Shown: in pieces, positions 27,441-41,314 of the stretch
Numbering within the stretch: position 1 is the first letter of the stretch
Layout: each line of letters begins with the position of its first letter
Source: Felis catus
Taxonomy: Eukaryota
DNA: 64,000 nucleotides
Assembly (NCBI RefSeq): GCF_018350175.1
Contig: NC_058368.1
Span: 63,490,001 to 63,554,000 of the forward strand
Direction: 5' to 3'
Position numbers and translations under genes: made by a program
Notes under the pieces: generated by a model
Told to the model about the DNA's origin: nothing
What the model saw: the letters and a program-made list of their open reading frames with translations, nothing else
Databases searched by the model: none

Positions 27441-28769
27441 TTGTCTTTATGTATTTTGTTTGTTTTGTTTTTTGTTTTGGGGTTTTTTTTTGTTGTTTCG
27501 CTTTGGTTTTGGTTTTTGGTTTTTGGTTTGGGTTTTCATAACCGCACTCGGATTTTGAGATTTACATATGTCACGTATTTCACAATGAAACAAGGAAAAG
27601 AAGGGGAAAAATTAAATTTAGTCACATAACTGGTTGGCAAATTGCTACTGACTTTCTGATTGATTTCAAAGAGCTTTTTAACTAACTTTTTGTCTTCCCC
27701 AAACCAATAAACAAGCAAACATGCAAAAAAGTGTGTATGTTAGGGTGCAGAGTGAACCAAGACAAGTATTAATCTTAATGGACAAGGAATTATATCTGAA
27801 TTTGTCAGAACTAAATTACAATACAGATGAGAGTTTAGGGCAGTCGTTCTCAACAAAATTACAAGGGATCTCAGCCAAGAAAAGGACAGAAGAAGCTGAG
27901 AGCGATGATTCTCCCTGAGGATAAGTGTCTGAATGGTTGGGGCAGGGAGAATATGAAAAAGTCATTCCCCCAATTATGTCATCTAATTTAAAGAATAACA
28001 TTCTCTTCATGCTCCTTTCCTTCATCCCCACCAATCTCCCACTGCACCCTCTATAATGGCGTTAATATGTACACATGAATATTTTTTCTTTCAAATTGAA
28101 GAGCCATCATCACATTTATTCACACCTTGAGCAGTTATTTACTGCTTTGTTTTAAATTAAAATATTTAAGGTTTAGACACCCACATGGACACCCACAAAT
28201 CTTTTGCTATACAGTCTAGTCCTTTGAGTATTTACATAATGAAGTAGGGATAAGAATGAGCTATCAATTATAAACAATAGGAAGGATGCAGCAATACACT
28301 CATTACCTGCATGTGATATGATCATGTATCTGGATTGGAAGTACACACGAGCCTTAGGAAACAGGCTCTCTTATCCCAGCCATATTGCAGGAATTGGGTT
28401 CCACATCCTTCTCTGACATGAGACCATGGATAGTTACAGGCCAGAGGAAGAGGCACTATTGGGTATACAGGCAAATGTGTGGGTCCACAGATTTTAAAAG
28501 TGAGCTGAGTTAAACTACAGTAGTTCCTGGTTTCTCATTATGTTTTAGGAGGAAAAATAAGGAAGAAAGGCTCCTAGTTGTCCCTTTTAGCCAGAATAAT
28601 CATTTCAAGGGTGTGGCCAAATGCATACATCCACGAAATATTACATTCCTTTTCTGATTCCTCTGGCTTCCCCGGACCTATCTATCATCTAAATGGAGCC
28701 AAGATGGCAGCAAGAAAGTGTGGGTCTCAACAGCAGCCGTGACAATCATATCCTTTACTAGAGAGGCAG

Positions 28770-28995
28770 CACCACATAGAGGCTTGGAGCACCGACTCCA
28801 TAGCCACACTGCTCGAATGTGAGTCCTGGCTCCACAGCTTACTGTGTGACTTCAGAAAAGATAGTTAACCTCCCTGTGCCTCAGTTTCCTCATCTGTAAA
28901 ATGGAAACCATAACAATACTAGAAACTACCTCAGAGAATTTTAATGAGGATTAAATGACTTGATATTTGTGAAGCAGCTATAGAAATGTAAGTGG
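28770..28995 (+). mobile_element. MIR
   Basis: CTGTGTGACTT...AACCTCCCTGTGCCTCAGTTTCCTCATCTGTAAAATGG. Confidence 0.85.
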
Positions 28996-29767
28996 TATGT
29001 GAATATTTGATAGTAATTCTTAAAAAGTTATACTTCAAGAAAGGCTGTGTAATGATAGTGAACAAAATGTTTAAGCATCCTTCACCTAATTGCCAAGGTT
29101 GTTCCTGTTTTGTTTTCTCTTGTTTTGGTATTAGCATTAGGGTTAGTTCTTTTTTTTTTTTTATTCCCAGGAGAACTATAAACAATCTTAAATACTGATT
29201 GAACCGGGAGAAAGCCTCAATTATTAATCTAGCCTTATTCAGACTGATTTTTCCACTGATTTCTAACAAGATCCTTGTCTCAGAATGGAAATCACTGGTA
29301 AGTGTTATGATGGAGTATAGTTATTTTACATGTGAATGGTGCACATACTCTTTATCAGTAGTGCCCACAACCAACTGTGTGTGGTTCCAGAGAAAGTCTC
29401 CTCACCCCCAAAGCTGACTGATGCACATACCGAACATGTAATCACAGTTTGATTCTCTCCCTCCTCCTTACTGTAAGTAGGCCAACAGAGCTTGGGATGA
29501 ATTGAAAACATACATCTATTGATGGTAACTATACTCAGCCTTTTCTTAAAACAAGCCTGATCATTTCCCTTCCTCCAGGAGCATCCAAAGCTATTCAAAT
29601 TCCCCTTCGTGTTTCTATTTTTGTAGACTGTAGAACAATGGCTAATCAAACTTTATCAAGATAAACATGAAAAAGTCCACCTGCTTGAATCACTCCCATG
29701 AGCCCATATCCATATTTTTCATAGAAGCCAGTATAAATAAGATAGGTAAAATAGGTCATATATAATT

Positions 29768-29901
29768 CCAATCCCATTCATGAGGGCCCCCTCATGACCC
29801 AATCACCTCCCAAAGGCCCTGCCTCCTAATACCATCTCACTCTCACTGGGGGTTAGAATTTTAAGATATGAATTTGGGGAGACACATTTAGTCCATAACA
29901 A
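29768..29901 (-). mobile_element. MaLR (MLT1A/MST) LTR fragment
   Basis: AATCCCATTCATGAGGGC...CACCTCCCAAAGGCCC...GAATTTGGGGAGACACA..AGTCCATAACA. Confidence 0.8.
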
Positions 29902-31068
29902 CCGTTTAAGCACAGGCCCCTTACCACCTGAGCACTCCATTTCATCCCTTCAACCTGACATGTACCAGGTCTCATAAACTGACCTCAATTTTAGGAAATA
30001 TTGTAAAGAATTGGTCACTGTGTTATAAGCCTAATTCAATCTAACTCCCTTTAAAACATCGCATATTACAAACAAACTTGCTAACTGCTACAGTAATCAG
30101 TGTTTTACAGTGCACCCTTGGAATTAGGCTTCACAAAAATTGTGGCATGTCAATTAGCAACTTGATACCAATAGTGTGCATTAATAGAAAAGCAAATGCA
30201 AAATGGTTAACTTGCATTCTAACTGTTTTAACATTACATACTTAGAACACATTAGCACAGAACACCTAAGAGTGTATTTTACTTTGAAATCTCCAGGCAG
30301 TGTTAAGGCATTTTCTTCAAATACAGTTTCACTGATCACAATTTTATTGATTAGATCATGTTCTTCCCATATGAACCATATCCCAATGCATCTTCTGAGA
30401 TTTCTAATATTGGTTTCTGTAGAAAAGGGGAAAAATCATAAAACATTAGCAAAATAACATGAGAATCTTTATTAGATTTTTGGGTTATTTTCTTCATAAT
30501 CTTTTATAGTTTTTCACCCACATCTGAGTTAGCAGCATTTAAAAAAAAAAATCATATTGTCTGCAGGGAGTCTTTCTAAAGCATTCAACTTAGTTTTCCT
30601 AGAAACAACCATTTTCCCTTCCAATTCTTATTTCATTAGTTTATGTAACATTTAATGCCATTACATAATTACAATAACAACTAGCATAAATTGGTTTGGA
30701 AACAAACACAACTGATTTTTGGCAAGCCCCCAACACTGACTGGTGGGAGCAGATATGTAGAACTTAAACTGGAAGGAAGCCTGTTAGCTCTAGTGAATAC
30801 TCTGTGGCTTTGGGTCAGTGTGTTTTACAGAGGGAAGAGAGAGTTTGGGTTAATGCACTGAAATGAGAAAACATGTTCAAGTTAACTGTTCTGTCACTTA
30901 ACCTCATTAACTACTAGAAAAGCTCATCTCAAATAGAATATTAACATTTTAGCATTGTTACCTTATTAAGTGACACAGAGAAAGTTGTAATAATGGTATT
31001 CTTTACAAACATAATTTTTAAAACAAAATTGTATTAGAATCTCTTGGCTTAAAACAAAGAGGTTCAAT

Positions 31069-31286
31069 GGGACGCCTAGATGGCTCCATCAGTTGTGTCC
31101 AGCTTCAGCTCAGGTCATGATCTCACGGTGCATAGGTTGGAGCCCAGCATCGGGCTCTGTGCTGACAGCCCAGAGCCTGGAGCCTGATTCTGTGTCTCCC
31201 TCTCTCTCTGCACCTCCCCCACTCACGCTCTGTCTCTCTCTCTCCTTCAAAAGTAAATAACCATCAAAATAACAAACAAACAAACA
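31069..31286 (+). mobile_element. CAN-SINE
   Basis: TSD AAAACAAAGAGG at 31051 and 31287. Confidence 0.93.
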
Positions 31287-32213
31287 AAAACAAAGAGGCT
31301 CTAGGTCTGGGGCAGCAATATTAGATCTATCCTGTCCCCAACTCAAATTTGCAAGCTGACCATAGGCAAACCATGATACAGAAAAATTTTGTTTCATCTG
31401 TTTTGCCCTCCATCTGTTCTCTTTCAAAAACCATTATTTTTATCACCCTTATCATTTATTACTTCTTTCAATCCCCTGATCAATATTTTAATATGCTTCC
31501 TGGCTGGTCAAATGCCCTTAACTTTTACATCCAAAATTTTACTCCTCAAAGTTCTCCCACATCAAAGCTTAGCTATTCCGTTTTAGCTCCTCAGATTCTG
31601 TCTTTGCCAGGTTAATAGGTTAATGGTTAACAAAGTATATCAGCATGAATACATTAATGTCAATAACATGAAGATGTAGCATGTGCTTGTGAGTTAGTGT
31701 ACTACCCTATGATGATAGCATATGGATTTTAATAGAAATATTATGGAGATAATCTCTCACCCAAAAAGGTGTGATTAATGGTAGGGATCTCTTATCTTTA
31801 GAGCTGACTTAGTTCCTTGTACCCAAGATATATGTAAAATTATCCCTACCAAAGAAGCAGGGTGACTTCACAAGCTGCATCTAAAACTCAAAAGCACCTT
31901 TATTTTATTTTGATCTAGAAAGTCAGTCTGTGTATGTGTGTATGTATGTGTGTGTAGGTGTGTGTATTTTTGGCATACTTGTTAAAGTATAAGTTTTCAA
32001 TGGAAAAGGAGCATGCTATATATAACTTCTAGAGGAGTACTGATCTCATTTTAGGTCCAGCCAAAGAGGTTATTCTTAATAGAATAGTTGGAGACACACC
32101 CTTATGAACAGGCATCTAGTCAACTATAACCCACAAGCCACTGACACCATGTTTCCCCCCAAAATTAGAAGCAAATATTGAAGCAAACAAACCCCCCAAA
32201 ATGAAAAGCTCTC

Positions 32214-32272
32214 CTATTCCTGAAATCATTATTATACTATATGTTAACCAACTTGGATTTAAATTAAAAACA
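32214..32272 (+). mobile_element. Extremely 5'-truncated carnivore L1 (~60 bp)
   Basis: CTATTCCTGAAATCATT...CTATATGTTAAC.AACTTGGATTTAAATT plus A tail; TSD AAA(A)TGWAAAGCTCTC. Confidence 0.8.
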
Positions 32273-34944
32273 AAAATGTAAAGCTCTCTACTCCTATATA
32301 GTTTGACTAAAACTCTTCCCCATAAATCAGGGGTAGGAAGACTTCAGCCTCAGGCCATGCCAGTTCATGGCAAGTACAGTTAAGTGTTCATCACCCCATT
32401 TATTCAATAATTCTTAAGCATTTCTCAAGCTTCCTATTTTCTTCCTTTTGCTTTTAAGTTACACTAACTGCATTTTTAATCTAAGAAAAAAATAATTCCA
32501 CAAATTTTGACTGAGGCAATGTCACTTTTACAGGTTAATCATTACCTCCTTAAAGTAGAATTATTTTTTAAAGTTCTTTTCAATCATTCAATTATTTTTA
32601 ATAACATTTATTACAGATTTTTATACCATCAATTTTGTTTTTAAAATATTTGTCATTTAACCTTTTCTGTCAGAAAGTTCTAATTTAACTAACATACCAA
32701 AAATATGCACATGCCTATTTATATGGGCTTTCTAAATCAAAATAAAATAAAAGTGTTTTTTCCTAGCTTTAAATGTAATTCCTGAATTTTCCCTGGTTCT
32801 TTAGTGAGATGGTTTTGTGGTATACCTTCTATGCTAGGAATTAGGAGTCAGCCCTAATGATTGGGTGCCTTCCAAAGTATGCTTCTGAACTTAGTTTCTA
32901 CAGTTTTGGACACTTGAAGGAAGATTATATGTTTCTGTCAGTGTAAGCTACTAAAGAGAATTGTAGAGTTGACATTTTCTAAAGCCTCTTTCAAAATGTA
33001 TTGACACTGTGGTTGATGGCCTGTGTTACCAATGGTTTGTAAGCAAGATTTACAAAGATCACCGATTATATACACAGTTCATTTTAGAAGACTATTTAAA
33101 GGTTTTTGAATGGTAAAAGAGGTAGATTTCTAAAAATATTTAATTAGAGGCTCTTCCAATACAAAGAGGCAAGTTAAAGAGTTCCATTGATCCAGATTTC
33201 TGCATTCTATCAGGGTCAGCCTTTCTCTGATTGTTTCATTGCGTAAATAAATTAATCCTTGGAAAATCAGAGAATGACAGCTAAAGGGACAATTACGTAT
33301 AATTACGCCAATTAACTAAGGTGTTGCCATTTTTTTTGCGCCTACCATGAATAACAATACATTCATGTCTCCCAAGATGAGGCTAGAATCTTAGAAATAG
33401 TAGTCTTTTTCTTTCATGCACACACCTACACTGTTAAAGTGAATTGGATTTAAGAAGATTTAACTGTAAATAACATTTGGAATTTTTGTTTTCTGTTGTT
33501 GTTTTTCTCCAGTGTGCCTCTATGTTTCCAGTTTGGCAGAGCAATGGGTGCAAAAGGTGTTGGGGAGACTAGAGTGAAAATGACTTTGAGTAAAACAAAA
33601 TTGGAATTAATAAAAAGATCAAAGAACCATAATCTTTGGGTTATGAAGAAACTAAGAAAATATGGCTCCCCTTAGAGATCTTATATTCAAGTAGGGAGAC
33701 CCAGAAATAAACAATGGACATAATAAGAAAATAAATTAAATTGATTGTTGTAAGATGATGAGTGCTAAAAAAAAAGTAGAGCCAGGAAAAGATTAGGGGA
33801 ATTTGCAGCTTTAAATGCATTCTGCAAAGAACAAGGAAAAACAATACTTAACTTTAATTCTTGGGGTGGAGATAGAAGGGTTCGGAGGTCCTGGCAAAAG
33901 AGCCTTAAGAGAATTTTGGGTAAGCCCTTGCTCTTAACTAAATAAGGAGAGAAATAACCATTCATGCCCTCCTCTTGCTTTCCCTTTACCCATTCAGCAA
34001 ATACTGGCAACTCTCTTAACCTCAGTCCTCTGTACAAACAATACTGAAATGGTACAGGCATATCAGTGAAGATCCACTTTTTGTATATTTATTTTGAAAA
34101 CGTATAGACACATACAAAGAAACCCTGTATCCAGGATCTTCTCACTGCAGGGCATTGTGCTGGCTATTTTCCCACACAATACTTGTACACATGTCCATTC
34201 TAAGGGTAGTTCTTGAAAACAAGCTGTCTGTGTTATACATTTCTGTATCTTACTCAAGAATTATTTGTTGACTGAATAAATGAACTCATTCATTCATTCA
34301 TTCATTCATTCTTGAACATTGGATTTGGCCCATCAAATAAAAATTTTTTTTCTATCATGCTCCAAAGGAGACAACATCAAGTTCAATTCAGAGCAAATGT
34401 AACAATTTAGAGGCAACTGGCAGTTATTTTCCATTCCCATGAATCTTAAACCAAGGAGAAAAGACTTCAGAAGAAAGTAAGTTTCTCCTCTCCTTTGCAC
34501 TCTCTTTGCATGGCAAGCAAGGATCATGTGTATTCTTGATCTTGCTTTATGAACACACAACCTACCTGGTTTTATATATATATCCTGCACATATAAGGAT
34601 GTGTGTGGTATGTAGAAGATTCTATGCAGAGAGAATTTCAGATACTTTGATAGTAAAATGGCCACTTTTATGGTTCAAAAATTACCACAGTTTCTTCAAT
34701 TATAATTTACTCTTATAATAGAACATGTTGAGAAGCTGGATCAATAATATAATAATATAATTTAGTATCTTTGTAACAATAAGAACTTAGATGTTGGCAA
34801 ATAATCTTATCATAAATATATTTCAACGTTATTATATTGTTAATAATAAAAATAACTAATATTTATTGAGTCCTTGTATGTCATTTATGACCTTCAACCA
34901 TTTACATATATTATCTCGTTTAATTCTTAAAAACAACCTGGTAA

Positions 34945-35129
34945 GGTTACCTGAGTGGTTCAGTTGATTGAGCTCAGGTCATGATCCTAGAGTCGTGGGA
35001 TCAAGCCCCAATGTGGGCTTTGTGCTGAGCATGGAGCTTGCTTGGGATTCTGTCTCTCTCTCTCTCCCCTCTCCTCAACTCATGCTCTCTCTTTCCTCTC
35101 TCTGAAATAAAAAATATATATATTTAAAA
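34945..35129 (+). mobile_element. Diverged CAN-SINE inserted in a MIR-like relic
   Basis: 23-bp TSD AATTCTTAAAAACAACCTGGTAA at 34922 and 35130. Confidence 0.9.
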
Positions 35130-35285
35130 AATTCTTAAAAACAACCTGGTAAAATAGATATTATTAATATTTTTCTTTTAAAGATGAAGAAATTGGTAGG
35201 TAGAAGGGTGTCCATGGTTTCAGGCTAGTATACAGGACAGTTGGGACCCCTGAGATGGATTTTTATTGCTCGAAATTCCATTCTT

Positions 35286-35507
35286 CTTTTTTTTTAATTA
35301 ATTAATTTATTTATTTAGAGGAGGAGAGAGAGAGTGTGTGTGTGTACACATGAGCAGGGGAGGAGCAGAGAGAGAAAGAGAGTGAGAATCCCAATCAGGC
35401 TCTGTGCTGTGCCCAACATGGGGCTCAATCCCACAAACAGTGAGATCATGACCTGAGCTGAAATCAAGAGTCAGATGCTCAATTGACTGAGCCACTCAGG
35501 TGACCCT
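35286..35507 (-). mobile_element. CAN-SINE
   Basis: TSD AAATTCCATTCTT at 35273 and 35510. Confidence 0.93.
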
Positions 35508-35816
35508 GTAAATTCCATTCTTTAAACATCAGTATATGTTGTTTGTACTTTAATAAATAGCTATGCAAATGCAAGCTATTTTATAGAGCAGCTGAGAAAG
35601 TCGTGATATGCCTTTGAGACTTCAGGAGAACTCTAAAGGGATTACTTAATCTATATTATACTCTCAATTTTCTATTGTCTTGAACTGGCAATATGAGAAT
35701 AATTCTTGTCTTTTGTTTCTTCTCCTAGCAATCAGAACAATAGCAACTTTGCATTCATTGAATCTGATGCAACCGAAGAAAGTAAGATTTTTTTTAAGTA
35801 CATTTTTATAATTTAT

Positions 35817-35922
35817 GGGGTGCCTGGCTGGCTCTGTCAGTAGCGTATGCAACTCTTGATCTTGGGGTTGTGAGTTCTAGTCCCATGCTGGGTGTAGAGA
35901 TTACTTAAAAAAATAAAATCTT
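35817..35922 (+). mobile_element. Short old CAN-SINE lacking the CT tract
   Basis: GGGGTGCCTGGCTGGCTC...GGGTGTAGAGATTACTTAAAAAAATAAAATC. Confidence 0.88.
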
Positions 35923-36329
35923 TAAAGTACCTTTTATTTATTATTTTATTACTTTTTACTTATTAATTTATTATTATTTCTTTTAAAGATTTTCCAAAGG
36001 AGGATTTGGTGCCTTGGAAATGTTCGGATTTAAATTATTTAATTTTCTTTAATACATTCATGTTGACTAATTCCAAATGACTAGTAATCCCTTATAAAAT
36101 CAGCAATACTGTTCGACCTAGCTTGGCAGTTTTTAGGTAATAAAGACACAGGATATTCCTAACAAGTCAAAATGAAAATGAAAAATATATGAAGTGTTTT
36201 AAAATGCTAAATCTCTGAATCTAGTTTAGCTGATACTGTTTGTGCCCTAAAATACATCAAATATGATAGTACACCCATGAAGTTCTGCTGAAATGCAATA
36301 GTTCATCTTACTCAAGAAGATTAAAAGAC

Positions 36330-37400
36330 ACTGGAGAGGGTTTCTGCCTCCAGGATCAGAGCTGCAGTGCCCACCCAGGGGAACTCCGTAAAAGCTGGCC
36401 CTCAGGGGGGTTTGTCTTAGAATCTACCCACCTCGTGTTTCTTAGGGCACTGTCAGTCTAACCTTTATCTACCAGCTGTCTCCTGTTGATTCAGCACTGC
36501 CAGATTAGTATACTCCCTGAGAAGGAAATATTGAAGAAACTCTCATTTGGGACGGAATTCTGTCTCTGTATGAGTTTTACCAGGCAGTGTGGTGATTACT
36601 GGTGCTTTGCACTGATTTTTTTCTAGCTGTAGTCCTCATTTGCTTTCCAAAGTTCCACAGGGAACCACAGCCTTTTGGGGGGAAAGGGGACCTCTTCTAA
36701 TCCTAGTATCTTATTTGCATATGCCATGACCCCAGTTTGATGAGCTAGAGAGCATATTCACAGATAATGATTGGTGGTCATTTGAATGTTCTTAAGCAGA
36801 CAAATCCAAATGTGATTCACCACCACCAATTGCATCAGCTTCTAGGTTATAGAAAGGGATCATAAACCCTCACTGGCCCATCCATGTGAATGAATCATTA
36901 TATTAATGGTCTCTTCAGCTGGTTAATAGTCAAATACCAGATACTATAACCTGTTGAAGCTCTTTCAGAATTCCAGTCAAAACTTGGTCTGCTAGAAACT
37001 TATTTCTATTCCACCTCTACTTTGGTTTTATGTCCAGGGTATGTGATACAGCATGGAGTTCCCAGGAAATTGGATCAACCTGTCTAGCCCACTGCTGAAT
37101 TCCCTTACTTGCCCACTTGTAGAGAATTAATTCTGTTATCAGAGAATGATATCAAATAATATCTAAGGATTCCTTGATGGCAGAAGAAAGCAATATCTAA
37201 TGCTCTAATGCTCTTTAAGACAGAGAACTTTCACCTGGGGGCCACAGGTTCTGCGGGAATCACTGGGCCATCCCAGATAAAATGTGTCTTCCCAAAATCC
37301 ATTCATGATATCAGTGGCTGATTCAGCACTTCACCTTTGTTTCTCTGATCCTGAGTTAGCTGGTTAATACTGATCAGCCTCTCCTGTTTATAACTTGCTG
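36330..37400 (-). mobile_element. Possible highly decayed ERVL/MaLR internal (integrase-region) relic
   Basis: Minus strand shows broken motifs SDN...QQWARQ...YHIP near 37030-37150, resembling the ERVL integrase core. Confidence 0.35.
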
Positions 37401-39813
37401 CCTGCCCGCCATTTCGACTACAGTCCCTTCACACCCCCCATTATCAATGTTTAATCCCCCAGTCCCAACTCGCATCTGATTTCATAACTTAAAACCCTGA
37501 TAATCTTGACAGACTCTAGTATCTAGTATCAATGTCTCCATCGTTTCTTAATGCCAGTCCCTTCCCATCTCTAGCATCTCACTGGTTCCTACTAAGGCTT
37601 CAACTAAGTCCCTGTTTATAATACTATGTAAGTGTAAATAAAACCAGAATAAGTCTGTCTCCCTTTTCAGATAGAATTACAAGACTTATTTATTAAGTAT
37701 GTCTCTAAGGATACATTCATAAAACGGAAACTGCATTCATGATTCTGCAGAAAGGATTTCACATTCATTGATTAATTCAACAAACAATTTTTGAGCACAT
37801 ACTCTATGGCAATTATTTTAGATGAACATACATTAGACTTCAAAATATCTCATTCTTTTTGCCAATATTAGGCATTAATCTTTCCTGAACACTGGGTATT
37901 GGAATAACCAGCTGCTACAGCTAATATTAGATGTGGGTCTAAACAATGCCCATTAAAATAGTCAGCTCGCCCAGATAATGTAAGACATTAGTCATCTCTT
38001 AAACATTTAATATTGAAAAAGGGAATTCTCTTAGCTAATGCTAGAGGTTAGTATTTTCTTGAATATTTGATGTTATAAAAGCCAACTCCTCTGGCTAATG
38101 TTAAGCATTAATAGTTTTTTAAATATAACCTATGAGTGATTTATCCATTCTGTCCATTACTCTTTAATTGCAACTGGCACATCCATGTGTAATCATTTAG
38201 AGAACACACAAAAGCCAGCAACAGACAATACACAGGTATTTAACCACACCATCTTTCTATGGGTCTCATTAATCCCTGCTCTTCTGTTTGCCCTGGGTTC
38301 TTAACACTGATTCCTTCCTCCTTGTTGTCATTGCTGTCTGTATTGTTTTTTGATATTGAGAGAAAATCTACATAGAATGAAGAGCATAAAATTCACTAAG
38401 CTAAGTGTGCAACAATGACTTTTTTTACACCCAAATAACCACCACCTCTTAGATGAAAAAATAGAATATTTTTAGCGTCAACATTTCTAGGTTATTTTCC
38501 ATCCCCCATTCTTATCCTTTGAGCTGTCTTCCTCCTTATTTTGATATCCTGCATGGACTTTTATGGCTCGTAAACTTCAGCTTCCATCATCCCATCCTAT
38601 CTTGACTTGCTTTAAATTCTCTCTTGGATTAATTTAACTTGCAGCTCCCCATAACAGCTACCTCCCAGCCAGGAACAATTTGCTCTAAGTATTTTGCAAG
38701 CAAATTTCAGCACTGGGAACATCTAAGTATGTATAGCTAATCTAATATCATTTGCTTTTAAGTTTATACCTACATAATTTGGGGAAATTTTTATAAACAA
38801 ATGTGTCAGTCATAGCTGGTCTTCCTACCACCAACAATGCCATCATGCACATATTCTCGGAAAACAAAGAAAATCATTCACATTCTCAAGGAGGATTTCT
38901 GAGCCTCGGGTGGGTACTGATTTCTCTTTGGACAATTGTAATGTACAGCCTATACTCACTCTCTGTAATGTTTTTAATCAGCCCTTACACTTTTATCATT
39001 TCAGACAGAAATGTCATCTTTTGTTCCAATTCAGTTTTGGTTTTACATGGTCAAACTTTGTAATATACCCCCTTGTTTTGAACATTGTTATATGAAAAAT
39101 AATCTAACACATTGAAATTTACGGAGTGCATATGGAAATAGCTTAATTAACTGTCATTTAGGAGAACAAAAGTGCATTGGTTTGCAAGATTTTCCAAAAA
39201 TGTATCCCCATTAGTGGAAGTCTCACTTAAATAATACTTCTGTGTTTTTGTAATGGTATCAATTTCTCTATTTGTTAGACACTTACAGAAATATAGCAAT
39301 ACAGAAATACAAACCTTCACTCTAAACAGATTCTCATCTATTCACTTTAAAGTAACTTCAGAAAGGCAAATTATGCATATATGATTATAATTCACAGAAC
39401 CAATTACGGTTTCCATAACATTAAAATAATTCTTCATAACCTTTATATACATAGAAGGTATTAGGCCTGAATGTTAAGTACTCAAGTGTAGGTATGTAAA
39501 ATAACATGACAATTGTGAAATCTGTGTTATTTTAACCAATCTTAAAGAGGTAATTGTATAATCAATATCTTAAGTTGATTATGGAACTATGAGCTACCCA
39601 AACAGACTTAGATGATTGGCTGAATCAACTTGTTTCCTCTGATATAAATTGAAGTTAAAGCCTATGTTTGAAAGCAAGAAATATAAAGAAAACCTAAGAA
39701 GCTTTTAGGAAATTAAATAAAAATTCATTGAAAGCATTAGCATTCAGTAATTACTCCTACGAGAGATCTGTTTGTTGTCTGTCTTTTATTATTTTTAAGA
39801 TATTATAGATGAC

Positions 39814-39943
39814 TGAGGGGTTGTGGGAGGGAGGATGGGCTAAATGGGTAAGGGGCAATAAGGAATCTACTCCTGAAATCATTGTTGCACTATATGCTAA
39901 CTAATGTGGATGTAAATTAAAAAAATAAATTAAATTTTAAAAA
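39814..39943 (+). mobile_element. 5'-truncated felid/carnivore L1 (130 bp)
   Basis: GAATCTACTCCTGAAATCATTGTTGCACTATATGCTAAC plus A tail; 17-bp TSD AAGATMTTATAGATGAC at 39797 and 39944. Confidence 0.9.
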
Positions 39944-40750
39944 AAGATCTTATAGATGACCCAGATGATCTTTGTATATATCCTTTTCTCACTGCTAAAT
40001 GATTGAGAAAAAAATTCAACTTACATCTGAATGTGTCCACTACAGACAATTTTTCAAACACAATCCATATTTGGAACGATTTTCCATTGTTAAATAGATT
40101 TCTTAAATTATATTGCAACCCCAAATAGCAAAAATATAACAGGATGCTAGCTTCCAATGTGCCTTATAAACCAAGGTTGCTACAGTTAAAGTTCATAGGT
40201 TTTTCAACATTATTTCTGAAGTTTTTGCTTATTATTGTTTTTTTAACTTTTATGACCATGACTCTTGGGTGAAGGATTTAAAATACCCTGGGTCAGTTTT
40301 GCATAGTTTCTCTGTGTGTATTAATAATGCAAATATGTAATATGGATGGATACCTGCACAAGCACCTATCAAGATTAACCAGCTAAAGGTACTGATTAAT
40401 CAAACACTTTTATCTAATGCAAACACTAAGTACCAGAGCTTGTCAGTTCTGACTTAGCGTAGGCATGACCTGGAAATTTATTAAAAAATGATGTTCCAGT
40501 CCCACTTCTGACCAATTAAGTTAGAATATTTTCAAGTAAGGGCCAGGCATTTGCATGTTTTAAAGACTCTATGGGTAATTGTAAAGTACAGTCAGGTAAA
40601 GAACTACTGAATTAAGTTAAAAACAAGAAATTAAACATAAGGTATTTCTAATTTTGATGTTGCATAAATTAAGTGAAAAATGAGTAAAATACTTTACTAT
40701 AATTATGATACATCACCTTTAACTGTTTAATTAAAAATATATTATCTGTA

Positions 40751-40963
40751 GGGGTGCCTGGGTGGCTCATTCGGTTAAGCGTCCGACTTCGGCTCAGGTC
40801 ACGATCTCACAGCTTGTAGTTGGAGCCCTGCGTTGGGCTCTGTGCTGACAGATTGGAGCCTGGAGCCTGCTTCAATTCTGTGTCTCCCTCTCTCTCTGCC
40901 CCCACCCTGCTTGTGCTCTCTGTCTCTCATAAATGAATAAATGTTTAAAAAATTTTTTTAAAT
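40751..40963 (+). mobile_element. CAN-SINE
   Basis: TSD ATATATTATCTGT at 40737 and 40964. Confidence 0.96.
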
Positions 40964-41093
40964 ATATATTATCTGTTTCTTAAAGCCATACAGTTTACAT
41001 ATATTGATAACCATAAGTGCACACCAAATCTCTTTAAGAGTAGAGACTGTCTCTTTATTGTGACAAATAGTACCTAGTATATCTAGTTTTCTT

Positions 41094-41314
41094 TTTTTTT
41101 AATTTTTGTAATGTTTTATTTACTTTTTGAGACAGAGAGAGACAGAGCATGAGCAGGGGAGGGGCAGAGAGAGAGCAAGACACAGAATCCGAAGCAGTCT
41201 CCAGGCTCTGAGCTGTCAGCACAGAGCCCGAAGCAGGGCTCGAACTCACAAACCGTAAGATCATGACCTGAGCCAAAGTCAGATGCTTAACCGACTGAGC
41301 CACGAAGACGCCCC
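41094..41314 (-). mobile_element. CAN-SINE
   Basis: TSD CTAGTTTTCTT at 41083 and 41314. Confidence 0.96.
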
